DNA of 64,000 bases. Source: a candidate division WOR-3 bacterium. GTDB lineage: Bacteria > Hydrothermota > Tepidihabitantia > Tepidihabitantales > Tepidihabitantaceae. Shown here piece after piece: positions 1-9,980 of the stretch. The DNA lies in assembly GCA_965649295.1 (NCBI GenBank), contig CBFGKH010000004.1:86158-150157 (forward strand), in the 5' to 3' direction. Under the pieces are notes generated by a model that searched no databases, was not told where the DNA came from, and worked only from the letters and a program-made list of their open reading frames with translations. A program made the position numbers and the translations under genes. Each line of letters opens with the position of its first letter. Position 1 is the first letter of the stretch.

Positions 1-168
1 TGATCCGGCGCCGGGCGCACTCGCCGGTCAAGGGGCTACCGCTAATTAGGCAGCCAGTGCGTAGCTGTTGTTGGCAGCTGTAGTTCCTTTGTCGGGAGTA
101 CGAGGTGACAAAGGACCCTCGCCATGCACTCTGGCCCCTCAGGCACTCCGTCGAAACCAGTCGCCCCC
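1..168 (-). ncRNA. ssrA: tmRNA (5' portion; 3' end runs off the window), tag peptide ANNSYALAA*
   Basis: Minus strand begins GGGGGCGACTGGTTTCGACGG at 168, the canonical tmRNA 5' end. Tag frame GCC AAC AAC AGC TAC GCA CTG GCT GCC TAA at 75-46 ends in YALAA. Confidence 0.95.
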
Positions 169-249
169 GCACACGGAATCGGCCTGAGCTGGCCCACTCC
201 TGATTGTCGCTCAAATTGTAGAACCTATTGGAGCTTAAGTCAATTGACG

Positions 250-2094
250 CTAGCCAGCACTGGAACTGCCACCGCCGCCGCCACCGCCACCGCCACCGGA
301 AAAACCGCCACCCGACGAAGTCGCCGTCGAAAAAGAACCAATCATTCCTGACAAGTTGCTGGCAAAAGCAGCGAAGTTGGACAGCCCCTCACCAATCGAA
401 GCCATCCCCGCTCCACCGGGGGCGGCAGCAGCCAGATACCACGCTGGTTGACTCAGAGCCGCGCCGCGTTCGGCAGCTAACCTGGCAACGTGCTTCAAGA
501 ACCGGTCAGCAACTCCTAACGCCACAGCAAAAACGTAGTACTCTTCCCAGATTCCCAGCAACGTAACCGGTGCCTGCTCGATTGCCGAGAAATCAACGAG
601 AAACTTACGAAAGTTCTTCCACCGACGGTGCTCGATGTAGGCGGCCGGCGTCCAACGTACTATCGAACTACCAAGCCCGGCGAAAACGAAAGCAAGGACC
701 GCGGCAACGCTCAGTGCCACTGGCAACATCGCCTTATCTGGTAAGCCGACGATGGCGGCCAAGCCGTTTGCCAGCGCCAGCGCCCCGAGCAATGAACTGA
801 GCGCGGTTATGACCACGTACCAGCCACTTGCCGTAACGCTGGCCCGTTCTACGAACCCGCCACCTAACTCGGCCCGCCAGCGTAGCATAGCGGCGTCAAA
901 CACATCCCCGAGGAAGGAACGTACTACTGTCGGATTGTCTTTGACAAACTCCTTCACCATCTTCTCATCAAAAGAGCCAGTGCCCTTGCCAATGTTGTCA
1001 AAAAAGAAACTAACGCAGGCCTTGTCAAAGTCATCACCGTTCGCCACCACGTCAGAACGCACTAGCCGGAAAAGGTGACTTGTTCTATCTCTTTCCCGCA
1101 CTTCCTGCACGGTTACCGCACCGCGGCGGGCCATTGCCAGCAGCGTGGCCATCATTCCGCCAAAGAGAGGCTGGTACATTGCCGACTTGGATGGACGCTG
1201 ATGGAGTATCAACGGTACCATTACAGGCGGGACCTTACGGGGCGGTTCGTGCTCATAAATTGCTTCATAACTAAGCTGAGGTTCGCGACCGAAGCGCCGA
1301 TGCATCGTCAAGAGCAACAACAATGGCACGACGACAAGCAGGACGATTGCGATGGGTATGAGGAAATGTCTGCGGAGATTCGCCTTCAGAAAATTCTCTC
1401 TCTCTTCCTTGAGGATACGTTCGTATGCCGAATCCCGAAGCTGCGCTGCCAGTGGATAGAGACCCGATTCGGTGAGTACTCTGATTTCAACAAATCTGTC
1501 CTTGGCAATGCTGCGCTGATGGACAACTGCCGTGTCGAAATCAGTGGTGAAGACAAGCCTGCCCGGTGTGGCCGCCGAGTGGACATACACCTTGAACAAG
1601 GAGGGACTAGCTGCCGGCGGGACAAGTCTGATGACAATGCTCTCAATTCGGGCATGGTTATCCTCGATTACCTTCCAGTAGAACTCGGCAACGTCCTGGT
1701 AGCGACGAATCGCTCCTTTGATAGTATAGTCGAGCAGAAACCTTTTCTCCTCGTCCTGCGCTGAATATGACCAGCGGACATAGAGCGAACGTTCGTCACT
1801 TCGTAGCTCGGTCGGTTCGATGTCGCGCCAGCCACTGCCAGTGTACTCGGCCAGCCGCTGCAGAATTACATCAGCCGCGCCCTGTTTGCGCAAGTCAATG
1901 TCTGCCCAGGAAAATGTGCCGGCGAAAGAGTAAGTCCGCTCCTGCAGGATTCGAACGTCGCCGTTCGGTTGCAGCAGCACGGTCGTCACTATTTCGGGAT
2001 GATAGTAGGACTTTGCAGCTACTGTTGCTGGCAAGGATGCAACCAGTAGCCCAATCAGAACCCCTTCCAGCAACCGCTGGCCGCGGCTAAACAA
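250..2094 (-). CDS. DUF2207-family membrane protein
   Basis: Signal peptide, extracytoplasmic domain (YQDVAEFYWKVI), TM helices, WEEYYVFAVALGV motif and Gly/Ser-rich tail (GGGFSGGGGGGGGG). Start moved to TTG 2094 because the longer ORF overlaps the upstream gene. Confidence 0.85.
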   Translation of the reverse strand: MFSRGQRLLEGVLIGLLVASLPATVAAKSYYHPEIVTTVLLQPNGDVRILQERTYSFAGTFSWADIDLRKQGAADVILQRLAEYTGSGWRDIEPTELRSDERSLYVRWSYSAQDEEKRFLLDYTIKGAIRRYQDVAEFYWKVIEDNHARIESIVIRLVPPAASPSLFKVYVHSAATPGRLVFTTDFDTAVVHQRSIAKDRFVEIRVLTESGLYPLAAQLRDSAYERILKEERENFLKANLRRHFLIPIAIVLLVVVPLLLLLTMHRRFGREPQLSYEAIYEHEPPRKVPPVMVPLILHQRPSKSAMYQPLFGGMMATLLAMARRGAVTVQEVRERDRTSHLFRLVRSDVVANGDDFDKACVSFFFDNIGKGTGSFDEKMVKEFVKDNPTVVRSFLGDVFDAAMLRWRAELGGGFVERASVTASGWYVVITALSSLLGALALANGLAAIVGLPDKAMLPVALSVAAVLAFVFAGLGSSIVRWTPAAYIEHRRWKNFRKFLVDFSAIEQAPVTLLGIWEEYYVFAVALGVADRFLKHVARLAAERGAALSQPAWYLAAAAPGGAGMASIGEGLSNFAAFASNLSGMIGSFSTATSSGGGFSGGGGGGGGGGSSSAG

Positions 2095-2107
2095 CGAGCG
2101 GCCTGCT

Positions 2108-2968
2108 TTAGTCAGTAGCAACTGTCCGCAATGGCCGCACCCGGCCAGTGAGGCGGGCCAAGAACCGGCCACGCTGTTCGTCTCGGCCTGGACAGCGCCG
2201 TGCCAGTGGCGGCGCACCGACGTAGAAGTAGGCATCTGGCGGCTCGTTGATTGCATTGAAGAAACCGTGGCCACAGCCGCGGATGTTCCCGATGTCGCCC
2301 GGCTCGATTGGCGGGCCGTTGCCGCACCAGACATCGACGATTGCGTCTCCCTCAACCAACGTTACCACATCCGGACCAAACACGCGCTCCGGCGCAATCG
2401 AATAGGCCGTATCATGCATCAGCGTGTCGAAGTAGACGTCGCGGCTGTCCCACTCGCTCAGTGAATCAAGATAGTCATACGTAATCCAGAGCGACAGCCA
2501 GTACCACTGGGCAGCCGGTGCCCGACGCCAGGTAATGACAAGCGTTGACTCAAGCCCCATGATGTAGTTGCCACGCGGCGTAGTGATACGAAAATCGCCG
2601 GGCATTGTCACTCGTGCGAATGCCTCACCCCAATAGTGCTTAACACTAAGGTCAAACAGACTTAGCGGCAGATTGGGCTGGTCGTCGCCGTACTGATAGC
2701 GGGTGGCACTGTAGTAGTAGATGTAAACCGGCCAGTCATTGAGCGTGAGAATCGGAACCATTCGTAGTCCACGGGCGTCAACAACTTCAAAGTCACGCTG
2801 ATAGTCGCTCGAACCATCGGCGTAGTCAATCTTGTACACATAACCGTTGATGAATGGTTCGCTGTATTCGGGATGGAGTCCGGCAGGAGATTGGTCTTTA
2901 CAGCCGGCAACCAGCAAACCGGCCAGCGCTACTAACACAAACCAGTCACGAGAAGGGAACAGCGTCAC
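2108..2968 (-). CDS. hypothetical lipoprotein
   Basis: Lipobox LVAG-C; start overlaps the dnaN stop. Confidence 0.7.
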   Translation of the reverse strand: MTLFPSRDWFVLVALAGLLVAGCKDQSPAGLHPEYSEPFINGYVYKIDYADGSSDYQRDFEVVDARGLRMVPILTLNDWPVYIYYYSATRYQYGDDQPNLPLSLFDLSVKHYWGEAFARVTMPGDFRITTPRGNYIMGLESTLVITWRRAPAAQWYWLSLWITYDYLDSLSEWDSRDVYFDTLMHDTAYSIAPERVFGPDVVTLVEGDAIVDVWCGNGPPIEPGDIGNIRGCGHGFFNAINEPPDAYFYVGAPPLARRCPGRDEQRGRFLARLTGRVRPLRTVATD

Positions 2969-4062
2969 TAGTCGAGCCGAATCGGCATCAGCACATAGGT
3001 ATCATCGCAGTCTGGCCGTTGCTCGGCCGGACGGAATAGGCCAGCAGCGAGCGGGTTGGAGAGCTCAATCACAACCTTTTCTGAACTGATACGACGCAGT
3101 ATGTCAAGCAGGTACGTCACGTTGAATCCAATCCGGATCGGGTCACCGGTATACTCACAGTCAACCTCTTCCTCACTGCGACCGATATCAGGTGTCTCCG
3201 CCGTTATCCGCAACCGATTCTTCTTGAACTCAAGTGCTGCGAGTCGCCCCACCGGATGAGCAAAAATCAGTGCTCGCCGCAACACTGCTGCCAACGTGTC
3301 GATCCCAATTATGGCCCGGCTGGGATAACCCTTAGGGATGACCCGCTCGTAATCGGGAAACTGCCCCTCGATCAGCCGAGTAACAATCACCGTATTCTGG
3401 AATACAAACCCGACCCGGGTCGGGTCAAGATGGAGGGTAACCTTCTCTTCACCCCGTGGGAACAACGCGAACGGCTTGGTCGCGATGATGAACTTGGCCT
3501 TGGCTGGAAACTTGCCCTTTCTAATAACCAGCGCCAGCCGATGGCCGTCAGTCGCGACCATTCGCGCCTCAGTCTTACCAATTTCCCAATTCACCCCGCA
3601 CATTACCGGCCGACCCTCATCTTTTGATACCGCAAACGCTACGCTATCGAACAGTTCCTGTATCGTCACCAGGGGTAGCTCAACCGTGACGCCCTCGGGT
3701 AGCTTGGGGTTGTCGGGAAACTCGGTCGGATCAACACCGGAAAGAATGGACCGAGCTCGACCAGTCTCAACGATTAGACTAAGGTCTTTGCCCTGAAGTA
3801 CCACACGCTCACCACTAGCCTCGCGAACGACATCAGCTAGCTTGCGGCCGGACACTAGAAACGTGCCGTCCTCAGCCGCTGAATCAAGCTGAAACTCCTT
3901 CCGGACGAACGTGTCGAGATCGGTTGCCGCCAGCGCCAGTTTGCCGTCGGCAATGGTCACAAGGATGTTCTGCAACAACTGATGAGGCGTCCGCGCCGGA
4001 ATGACGTTTACGACCCCAATCAGCATATCAGCCAGAATGTCACGGCTAATCTCACAGCGCAT
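2968..4062 (-). CDS. dnaN: DNA polymerase III beta clamp
   Basis: ATDLD, ATDGHRLA, LIEGQFPDY, IGFNVTYLLD and C-terminal VLMPIRL motifs; 364 aa; AAGGAG RBS. Confidence 0.97.
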   Translation of the reverse strand: MRCEISRDILADMLIGVVNVIPARTPHQLLQNILVTIADGKLALAATDLDTFVRKEFQLDSAAEDGTFLVSGRKLADVVREASGERVVLQGKDLSLIVETGRARSILSGVDPTEFPDNPKLPEGVTVELPLVTIQELFDSVAFAVSKDEGRPVMCGVNWEIGKTEARMVATDGHRLALVIRKGKFPAKAKFIIATKPFALFPRGEEKVTLHLDPTRVGFVFQNTVIVTRLIEGQFPDYERVIPKGYPSRAIIGIDTLAAVLRRALIFAHPVGRLAALEFKKNRLRITAETPDIGRSEEEVDCEYTGDPIRIGFNVTYLLDILRRISSEKVVIELSNPLAAGLFRPAEQRPDCDDTYVLMPIRLD

Positions 4063-4201
4063 GGAATCTCCTTTGCATCAGGGGAGGCATGTTCCGGCTA
4101 TACTTCTACCACAACCCGACCGACTGTCAAGCAAAGCCCCGACCGGTTGCCAAAACACGGTAGGCTCATCCTAATCACCGCTCATCCTGCCAATCGCTGC
4201 C

Positions 4202-4229
4202 TTGACAGTCGGGCCTCCAAGCCGAGAAT
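4202..4229 (+). promoter_or_regulatory. sigma70-like promoter of leaderless lptE operon
   Basis: TTGACA-16-GAGAAT, 6 nt before ATG 4236. Confidence 0.55.
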
Positions 4230-4235
4230 CGAACC

Positions 4236-4745
4236 ATGCGCTTGCTTACCAGCTATCTGGCCAGCATGGTCCTGACCGCTATCCTAATCCTGGGCTGTGG
4301 CTACTCCACCCACTCACTGCTGCCAGCCCACATCCGCAAGGTCGCCATCTTGCCATCCGAGAATACAACCACCCAGCCCGACCTGGCCGAAATACTGACC
4401 GACTCACTGATCGCTGCCTTTCGCACCGACCGCACCCTGCTCGTGACGAGTGAACCCGAAGCCCAGCTCACTGTCGCCACGACGGTAGCATCATACTCCC
4501 GGGACCCTGTCGCCTACACCGACGCACAGTCAATCAATCGCTACCGACTAGCAGTCAGCGCCACTGTCCAGGCTGTGGACCGTACCCGCGACGAGACTCT
4601 TTTCGACGGCTCGATATCAGCCGACCTGACCTACAACCCCGATTCGCTGCCTTCGACCGGACTAAGCGCTGAGGAAACCGCGGCCCGACGATTACTAGGC
4701 AAGCTGGCACGCGAGGTTGTTCGCCAAGTTCTGACCACGTGGTAG
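4236..4745 (+). CDS. lptE: LPS assembly lipoprotein LptE family
   Basis: Lipobox ILG-CGYS, LPAHIRKVAI...ENTT motif and C-terminal W, typical of FCB LptE. Confidence 0.8.
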   Translation: MRLLTSYLASMVLTAILILGCGYSTHSLLPAHIRKVAILPSENTTTQPDLAEILTDSLIAAFRTDRTLLVTSEPEAQLTVATTVASYSRDPVAYTDAQSINRYRLAVSATVQAVDRTRDETLFDGSISADLTYNPDSLPSTGLSAEETAARRLLGKLAREVVRQVLTTW

Positions 4746-6058
4746 TCGAGCTCTATGTTGACCGTCTCGTGCAGGGTGGCGACGGCATTGCCGAACTAAA
4801 CGGGCTAAAGGTATTCGTCCGTAACGCAGCCCCGGGTGAACTAGTCCGTGCCCACATCCGTGATCGGAAACGCGACTACTGGGTGGCTGACACCGTTGAC
4901 ATCCTCCAGCCATCGCCGGTCCGAATCACGCCCGCTTGCCCATTGTTCGGCAAATGCGGCGGCTGTCAGTTGCAGCACATCAGTTATGAAGGACAGCTCG
5001 CTATCAAGCAACAGTTTGTTATTGAGGCAATGCGCCGCGTTGGTCATCTGTCAGCACCCGTCGGTGAAGTTATCGCTGCCCCAGCCCCTTTTCGCTATCG
5101 TAACAAGACCCAGTATCCGGTTGGTCCCGGTCCCCGAATCGGTTTCTACCGCCGGGCCACCCACGAGCTGGTCGATGTTCGTGTCTGCCTGCTCCATCCG
5201 GCAGGGTTTGACGACCTACGACAGACCATCAGCGAGGCGGCTGTCAGCAGCGGTGAGAACGGCTATGACGAGCAAACCGATTCCGGTAACCTGCGCCACA
5301 TTATCATCCGCGAAAGCGGCAGCGCCGACCACCTACTGCTAACAATCGTCACAAGACACAGCCGACTGAATAAGTCATTTGTTGACAGACTAACGCAGGC
5401 CAAGAGACTGGACGGCATCGTGCAGAATATCAATCCTCACCGTACCAACCGCATTCTCGGCACCACCGAAAAGTTACTGGCTGGCAGCGCAACAAGCTGG
5501 CAGACCGTTGCCGGCCGCACTTTTCGTGTTTCTTCCTCTTCTTTCTTCCAGATCAACCGCGAGCAGACCACAGCTCTGACGAGTGAGGTCCTGCGCCTGG
5601 CCGAACCCAGCGGCAGTGAGACCGTGCTTGACCTATTCTGTGGCGTCGGGCTACTCGCGCTGCTGGTTGCTCCCCATGTTGCCCACGTTACTGGTGTCGA
5701 GCTCGACTCCGGAGCAATCGCTGACGCCCGATTCAATGCCCAAGCATTTGGCCTCGACAATGTCGAGTTCATCGCCGCCGATGTTGCCGAGGTAGTGACC
5801 AGTCTGCCCCGAGCTGACCTCGTTCTTCTTGACCCACCCCGCAAGGGCTGCCAGCCCCAGACAATTAGTCGCATTGCCGAGCTGCGACCGCACCGCATCA
5901 TCTACGTCTCCTGTAACCCAGTAACCCTCGCCCGTGACCTTGCGATGTTTGCTCAGTTGGGCTATGCAGCCAAGGTATTGATGCCTGTTGACATGTTCCC
6001 CCAGACTTACCATATTGAAACGGTCGCCTGTCTCGACCGCGCGGCCCCGACCAGATGA
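4739..6058 (+). CDS. rlmD: 23S rRNA (uracil-1939-C5)-methyltransferase
   Basis: TRAM domain, CPLFGKCGGCQLQH Fe-S motif, SFFQIN, DLFCGVG, LDPPRKG, YVSCNP and DMFPQTYHIE. Confidence 0.95.
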   Translation: MVVELYVDRLVQGGDGIAELNGLKVFVRNAAPGELVRAHIRDRKRDYWVADTVDILQPSPVRITPACPLFGKCGGCQLQHISYEGQLAIKQQFVIEAMRRVGHLSAPVGEVIAAPAPFRYRNKTQYPVGPGPRIGFYRRATHELVDVRVCLLHPAGFDDLRQTISEAAVSSGENGYDEQTDSGNLRHIIIRESGSADHLLLTIVTRHSRLNKSFVDRLTQAKRLDGIVQNINPHRTNRILGTTEKLLAGSATSWQTVAGRTFRVSSSSFFQINREQTTALTSEVLRLAEPSGSETVLDLFCGVGLLALLVAPHVAHVTGVELDSGAIADARFNAQAFGLDNVEFIAADVAEVVTSLPRADLVLLDPPRKGCQPQTISRIAELRPHRIIYVSCNPVTLARDLAMFAQLGYAAKVLMPVDMFPQTYHIETVACLDRAAPTR

Positions 6059-7554
6059 AACTAACCGGCCGACTCATAAGTCACCCCAGCGCTGCACCAG
6101 TGCCAGCCGCAATCACGATTACCAACAGTCGCATCGCGCAAATCGAACCCACCACGCTGCCGGCCGGTCCCTATATCCTTGCTGGCCTAATTGACTCTCA
6201 CACCCATCCGCTCGAAGCCGGGCTTGCCGAACTGTATCCAAGTCTCACCGCCGTGACTTCCATCACTGAACTGCTCGATGCACTCAGCAGCAGTCTGAAC
6301 GTCGGCAGAGATGCTGGTACCCTGCTGGCATTCAATCTCGAACCTGATAAACTGACCGAAGGCCGCTATCCGACCCGCACCGAAATTGACAAAGTGACTG
6401 GCCAACTGCCAGCAATGGTCTATCGTGTTGACGGTCACTCCGCGGTGCTCAATTCGGCTGCCCTTAGACTTCTGGTTGATATACCTGCCACCGGGCTCGA
6501 ACTCGGTGCGGACGAAAGGCCAACCGGCGTCATCCGTGGCCCGGCCTACGAATACGCCTCCCGTTTCTTCAAGCGCCGGCTCTCCCCGACAACGATCCAT
6601 GCCGCTCTCGAACTGGCTGCCCGGCAAGCAGCCAGCCAGGGAGTTACCACGATTGGCGCATTTGTTGGTGACGACGACCTGACCGAATCTGCTTGGCAGG
6701 TGTTGATTGACGGCCTTAGCCGTCTGAACATCACCGCCATACCGTATCTTCAGACCTGGAATCTCTCTTGGGCCAGCCGTTTCGGACTGAACCAGCTTGG
6801 CGGCTGTCTGCTGATTGACGGCTCATTCGGCTCCCGGACCGCTGCCCTGGAACAGGACTATGCTGACGCACCTAGCAATCAGGGGCTGCTCTATGTGACC
6901 GATGATCGATTGGTTAGTTTCTATCAGGAGGCCGAAACGCTTGGTATCGCAACCGCTGTCCACGCCATCGGTGACCGAGCCATCGCCCAGGTCTTACGCT
7001 GTTTGGCTCGAGCCAGCGCAACCCGCCAGCGCCATCGGATCGAACATGCCGAATTGCTGAACGATCAGCTAATCCTGCGCATCGCTGAACTGGCTGTTAT
7101 CCTCGGCGTCCAACCGGTGTTCGAGCAAACCTGGGGCGGGCCAAATGGAATGTATGCCCGGCGCCTAGGCAGCCGCTGGCAGAATACCAATCCTTTCCGC
7201 GAACTGCTTGAACACGGCGTAACCCTCGCCGGTGGTTCTGACGCACCGATCACACCCATCAATCCTCTTGCCGGTATCAGAGCAGCGGTCGAGCATCCGA
7301 ACCCGGTTCAGCGTATCCCACCCGAGCCAGCACTGGCGATGTTCACAACCGGCGCAGCCTTTGCCCTGCAGCTAGAGAAGCAGATTGGCACGGTCGAGCT
7401 GGCCAAGCAGGCTGACCTCACCCTGCTCACTGGCGATCCGCGTCACGATCACAATTGCGCTGTCATCGCCACAATCCACCAGGGCAGATTCATCTACCAG
7501 AATCGGGCGTTGATTGACCAATATGGAATCGCAGGCGAAAAGACTGACTCCTAA
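6055..7554 (+). CDS. amidohydrolase family 3 (YtcJ-like)
   Basis: GLIDSHTH, DGSFGSRTAAL, HAIGDRA, RIEHAE and GGSDAP motifs. Confidence 0.9.
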   Translation: MKLTGRLISHPSAAPVPAAITITNSRIAQIEPTTLPAGPYILAGLIDSHTHPLEAGLAELYPSLTAVTSITELLDALSSSLNVGRDAGTLLAFNLEPDKLTEGRYPTRTEIDKVTGQLPAMVYRVDGHSAVLNSAALRLLVDIPATGLELGADERPTGVIRGPAYEYASRFFKRRLSPTTIHAALELAARQAASQGVTTIGAFVGDDDLTESAWQVLIDGLSRLNITAIPYLQTWNLSWASRFGLNQLGGCLLIDGSFGSRTAALEQDYADAPSNQGLLYVTDDRLVSFYQEAETLGIATAVHAIGDRAIAQVLRCLARASATRQRHRIEHAELLNDQLILRIAELAVILGVQPVFEQTWGGPNGMYARRLGSRWQNTNPFRELLEHGVTLAGGSDAPITPINPLAGIRAAVEHPNPVQRIPPEPALAMFTTGAAFALQLEKQIGTVELAKQADLTLLTGDPRHDHNCAVIATIHQGRFIYQNRALIDQYGIAGEKTDS

Positions 7555-7563
7555 CCAAGACAT

Positions 7564-9318
7564 ATGGCAACAGAAACCTCCAGACAGAAGAATCAGGAAC
7601 TGGCCGCCATCTTTGAACGGATTGCCGATGCCCTGACCATCAAAGGCGAGACCGGCTTTCGCGTGCTGGCCTATCGCAAGGCGAGCCGCGTGCTGAATGA
7701 GCTAACCGAGAGTATTGAGGACCTCAACCGCCAGGGACGGCTCGAACAGGTGCCGGGTCTTGGTGCCGGTCTAATCAAGAAAGCTCGCGAGTTCCTAGCG
7801 ACCGGCCGGGTCGCCAAATTAGAAGAAGCCACCCGCGGACTGCCACCCGGTCTGTTCGAAATGCTCAAGATTCAAGGCGTCGGCCCCAAAACTGTCAAGC
7901 TCGCATTTGAACAACTCGGCATCACCGATGTTGAAGGCCTGAAAAAGGCAATTGCCGATGGCCGATTGGCCGGTCTGCCAGGAATGGGAGAGAAACGCTC
8001 TGCCAATATCCTGCAGGGCATCCGTTCTGGCGAACATGCTGGCGAGCGGATGTACTTGGACGAGGCCATCGCCCTCAGCGACAGTCTCCTCGACTATCTG
8101 CGCCGTGCGCCCGGAGTCAGCGAACTGGTCTGTGCCGGCTCGCTGCGCCGGGGTGCCGAGACTGTCGGCGACATTGATATTCTGGCCTGTGGGCGTTCCG
8201 GCCCAGCCATCATCAAACACTTTGTTCAGCACCCGGCAATCGAGCAAGTTCTGAGTGCCGGCGACACCAAGGCATCAGTCCTTGTTCACAGCCGACAGAC
8301 ACTCCGCCAGGTTGACCTGCGGGTCCTGCGCCGTGCCGAATACGGTGCTGCCCTCCAATATTTCACCGGGTCCAAGGAACACAATGTCGCACTGAGGACG
8401 CTTGCCCAGAAACGCGGGCTCAAGCTTTCTGAATACGGCCTATTTCGCAGCGACCGACGCATTGCTGGCCGCACCGAAACCGGTATTTATCGAGCGCTTG
8501 GCCTGCAGTACATCGAACCTGAGCTGCGCGAGAACCGTGGCGAAATCGAGGCCGCCAGCCAGCACCGGCTACCTCGGCTTGTTACCCTCGCTGACATCCG
8601 TGGCGACTTGCATATGCACACGGCCATGTCGGACGGCCGTTCAAGCTTTGCCGAGATGGTGGCTGCGTGCCGGCGCCGTGGCTACCGCTACATGGCTGTC
8701 GCCGACCATTCGGTCTCAGCCAACTATGCCGGCGGCCTCTCCGCCGATGCCCTGGAACGACACTGCGACGCCGTTGACCGACTGAATGAAAAGCTGAGAG
8801 GCTTCCGTGTCCTCAAGGCCAACGAAGTTGATATCACGTTGAGTGGCGAGCTTGACTATCCCGACCGCATTCTGCAACGGCTCGACTACGTCACCGGCTC
8901 AATCCACCAGGGCTTTCGTAAGGACGTCACGCGTCGCATCTGCGCTGCTCTCGCCCATCCGCTGCTGCACGCTGTCTCCCACCCAACCGGCCGCATCATT
9001 GGCCAACGTCCAGGCTACGAGGTTGACATCGAACAGGTAATCGAAACCGCAGCAAGATACGGTAAGCTACTGGAAATCAATGCGTTCTATGCCAGGCTCG
9101 ACCTTAGCGACATCTGGGCTCGCCGCGCTGCCCAGCAAGGCGTCCGGCTTGTCATCAACACCGACGCCCATTCTGTTGCCGACCTCGAATGGATGCGCTA
9201 TGGCGTCTTGACTGCTCGCCGTGCGTGGCTCACCAGCGACGATATCGCCAATACCCGGCCACTTACCGGTCTGCTACGACTCTTACGGCAAATCCGCGAG
9301 GGAAAGAAATCCGACTAG
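7564..9318 (+). CDS. polX: DNA polymerase X / PHP 3'-5' exonuclease
   Basis: HhH repeats, GSLRRG..TVGDIDIL, VDLR, YFTGSKEHN, PHP DLHMHT and NTDAH. Confidence 0.95.
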   Translation: MATETSRQKNQELAAIFERIADALTIKGETGFRVLAYRKASRVLNELTESIEDLNRQGRLEQVPGLGAGLIKKAREFLATGRVAKLEEATRGLPPGLFEMLKIQGVGPKTVKLAFEQLGITDVEGLKKAIADGRLAGLPGMGEKRSANILQGIRSGEHAGERMYLDEAIALSDSLLDYLRRAPGVSELVCAGSLRRGAETVGDIDILACGRSGPAIIKHFVQHPAIEQVLSAGDTKASVLVHSRQTLRQVDLRVLRRAEYGAALQYFTGSKEHNVALRTLAQKRGLKLSEYGLFRSDRRIAGRTETGIYRALGLQYIEPELRENRGEIEAASQHRLPRLVTLADIRGDLHMHTAMSDGRSSFAEMVAACRRRGYRYMAVADHSVSANYAGGLSADALERHCDAVDRLNEKLRGFRVLKANEVDITLSGELDYPDRILQRLDYVTGSIHQGFRKDVTRRICAALAHPLLHAVSHPTGRIIGQRPGYEVDIEQVIETAARYGKLLEINAFYARLDLSDIWARRAAQQGVRLVINTDAHSVADLEWMRYGVLTARRAWLTSDDIANTRPLTGLLRLLRQIREGKKSD

Positions 9319-9980
9319 CGGGACTTAGTCTTATCCCGCAGCCAGCGACAGGCAGTCAGTAGCTCCCGCGCCGAGCCCGGGGCGTGCTCGCCTGGAGTCA
9401 GAACCAGCTTCGTCACCAGCCCTTTGCTGTTGAATAGCTGCTGCATCTGCTCGTTCTGCACCCGATTCCAATCCTTCTGACGCGAGACCAGATAGACATA
9501 GCGGTTGCCCAACCTCTCCCAGTCTGCCAGCGGCACCGCTCCGGCATGGGCACAAGTCGCAACCACACCCCGAATCAGCTCTGGCCAGCAGAACAAGGCG
9601 GCCAGCGCTTGCACACCCTGGCCGGAAAAACCAAACACGAAAACCCGTGTCGTATCAATTGGCAGGCTGCGCAGCTTCCCGAGCGTCTTCCTGATACTCT
9701 GATTGTTCAGCTCGCCGGAACGGTGGTTCCTGGTGGCGTGACAGGTGGCCAATACCCAGCCCAGCGAGTCAGCAACAATCCGACAGGTGTCAACATCAGT
9801 CGCGGTCGCACCGGTACAGGAAAGAATCAGCAACGCCGGTGCTCGCCGCTTTGGGCCAAGCCCAGGCGGCACATACCAGCAATCAGAGTCGGCATCGCAG
9901 ACGATCGCCTCGCCCAGGCTGACGCCGTGGACAGCACCGGCCAGCACAATCAGCAGTAAGAACCTACCGACTCTCACCAT
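9315..9980 (-). CDS. secreted alpha/beta-hydrolase (esterase-like)
   Basis: Signal peptide, RVFVFGFSGQG nucleophile elbow (GxSxG), and C-terminal PGEH His. Confidence 0.7.
   Translation of the reverse strand: MVRVGRFLLLIVLAGAVHGVSLGEAIVCDADSDCWYVPPGLGPKRRAPALLILSCTGATATDVDTCRIVADSLGWVLATCHATRNHRSGELNNQSIRKTLGKLRSLPIDTTRVFVFGFSGQGVQALAALFCWPELIRGVVATCAHAGAVPLADWERLGNRYVYLVSRQKDWNRVQNEQMQQLFNSKGLVTKLVLTPGEHAPGSARELLTACRWLRDKTKSR

Noticed and set aside
280..325. (GCC/ACC)n triplet run
   Set aside because: Encodes the Gly-rich tail of the DUF2207 protein.
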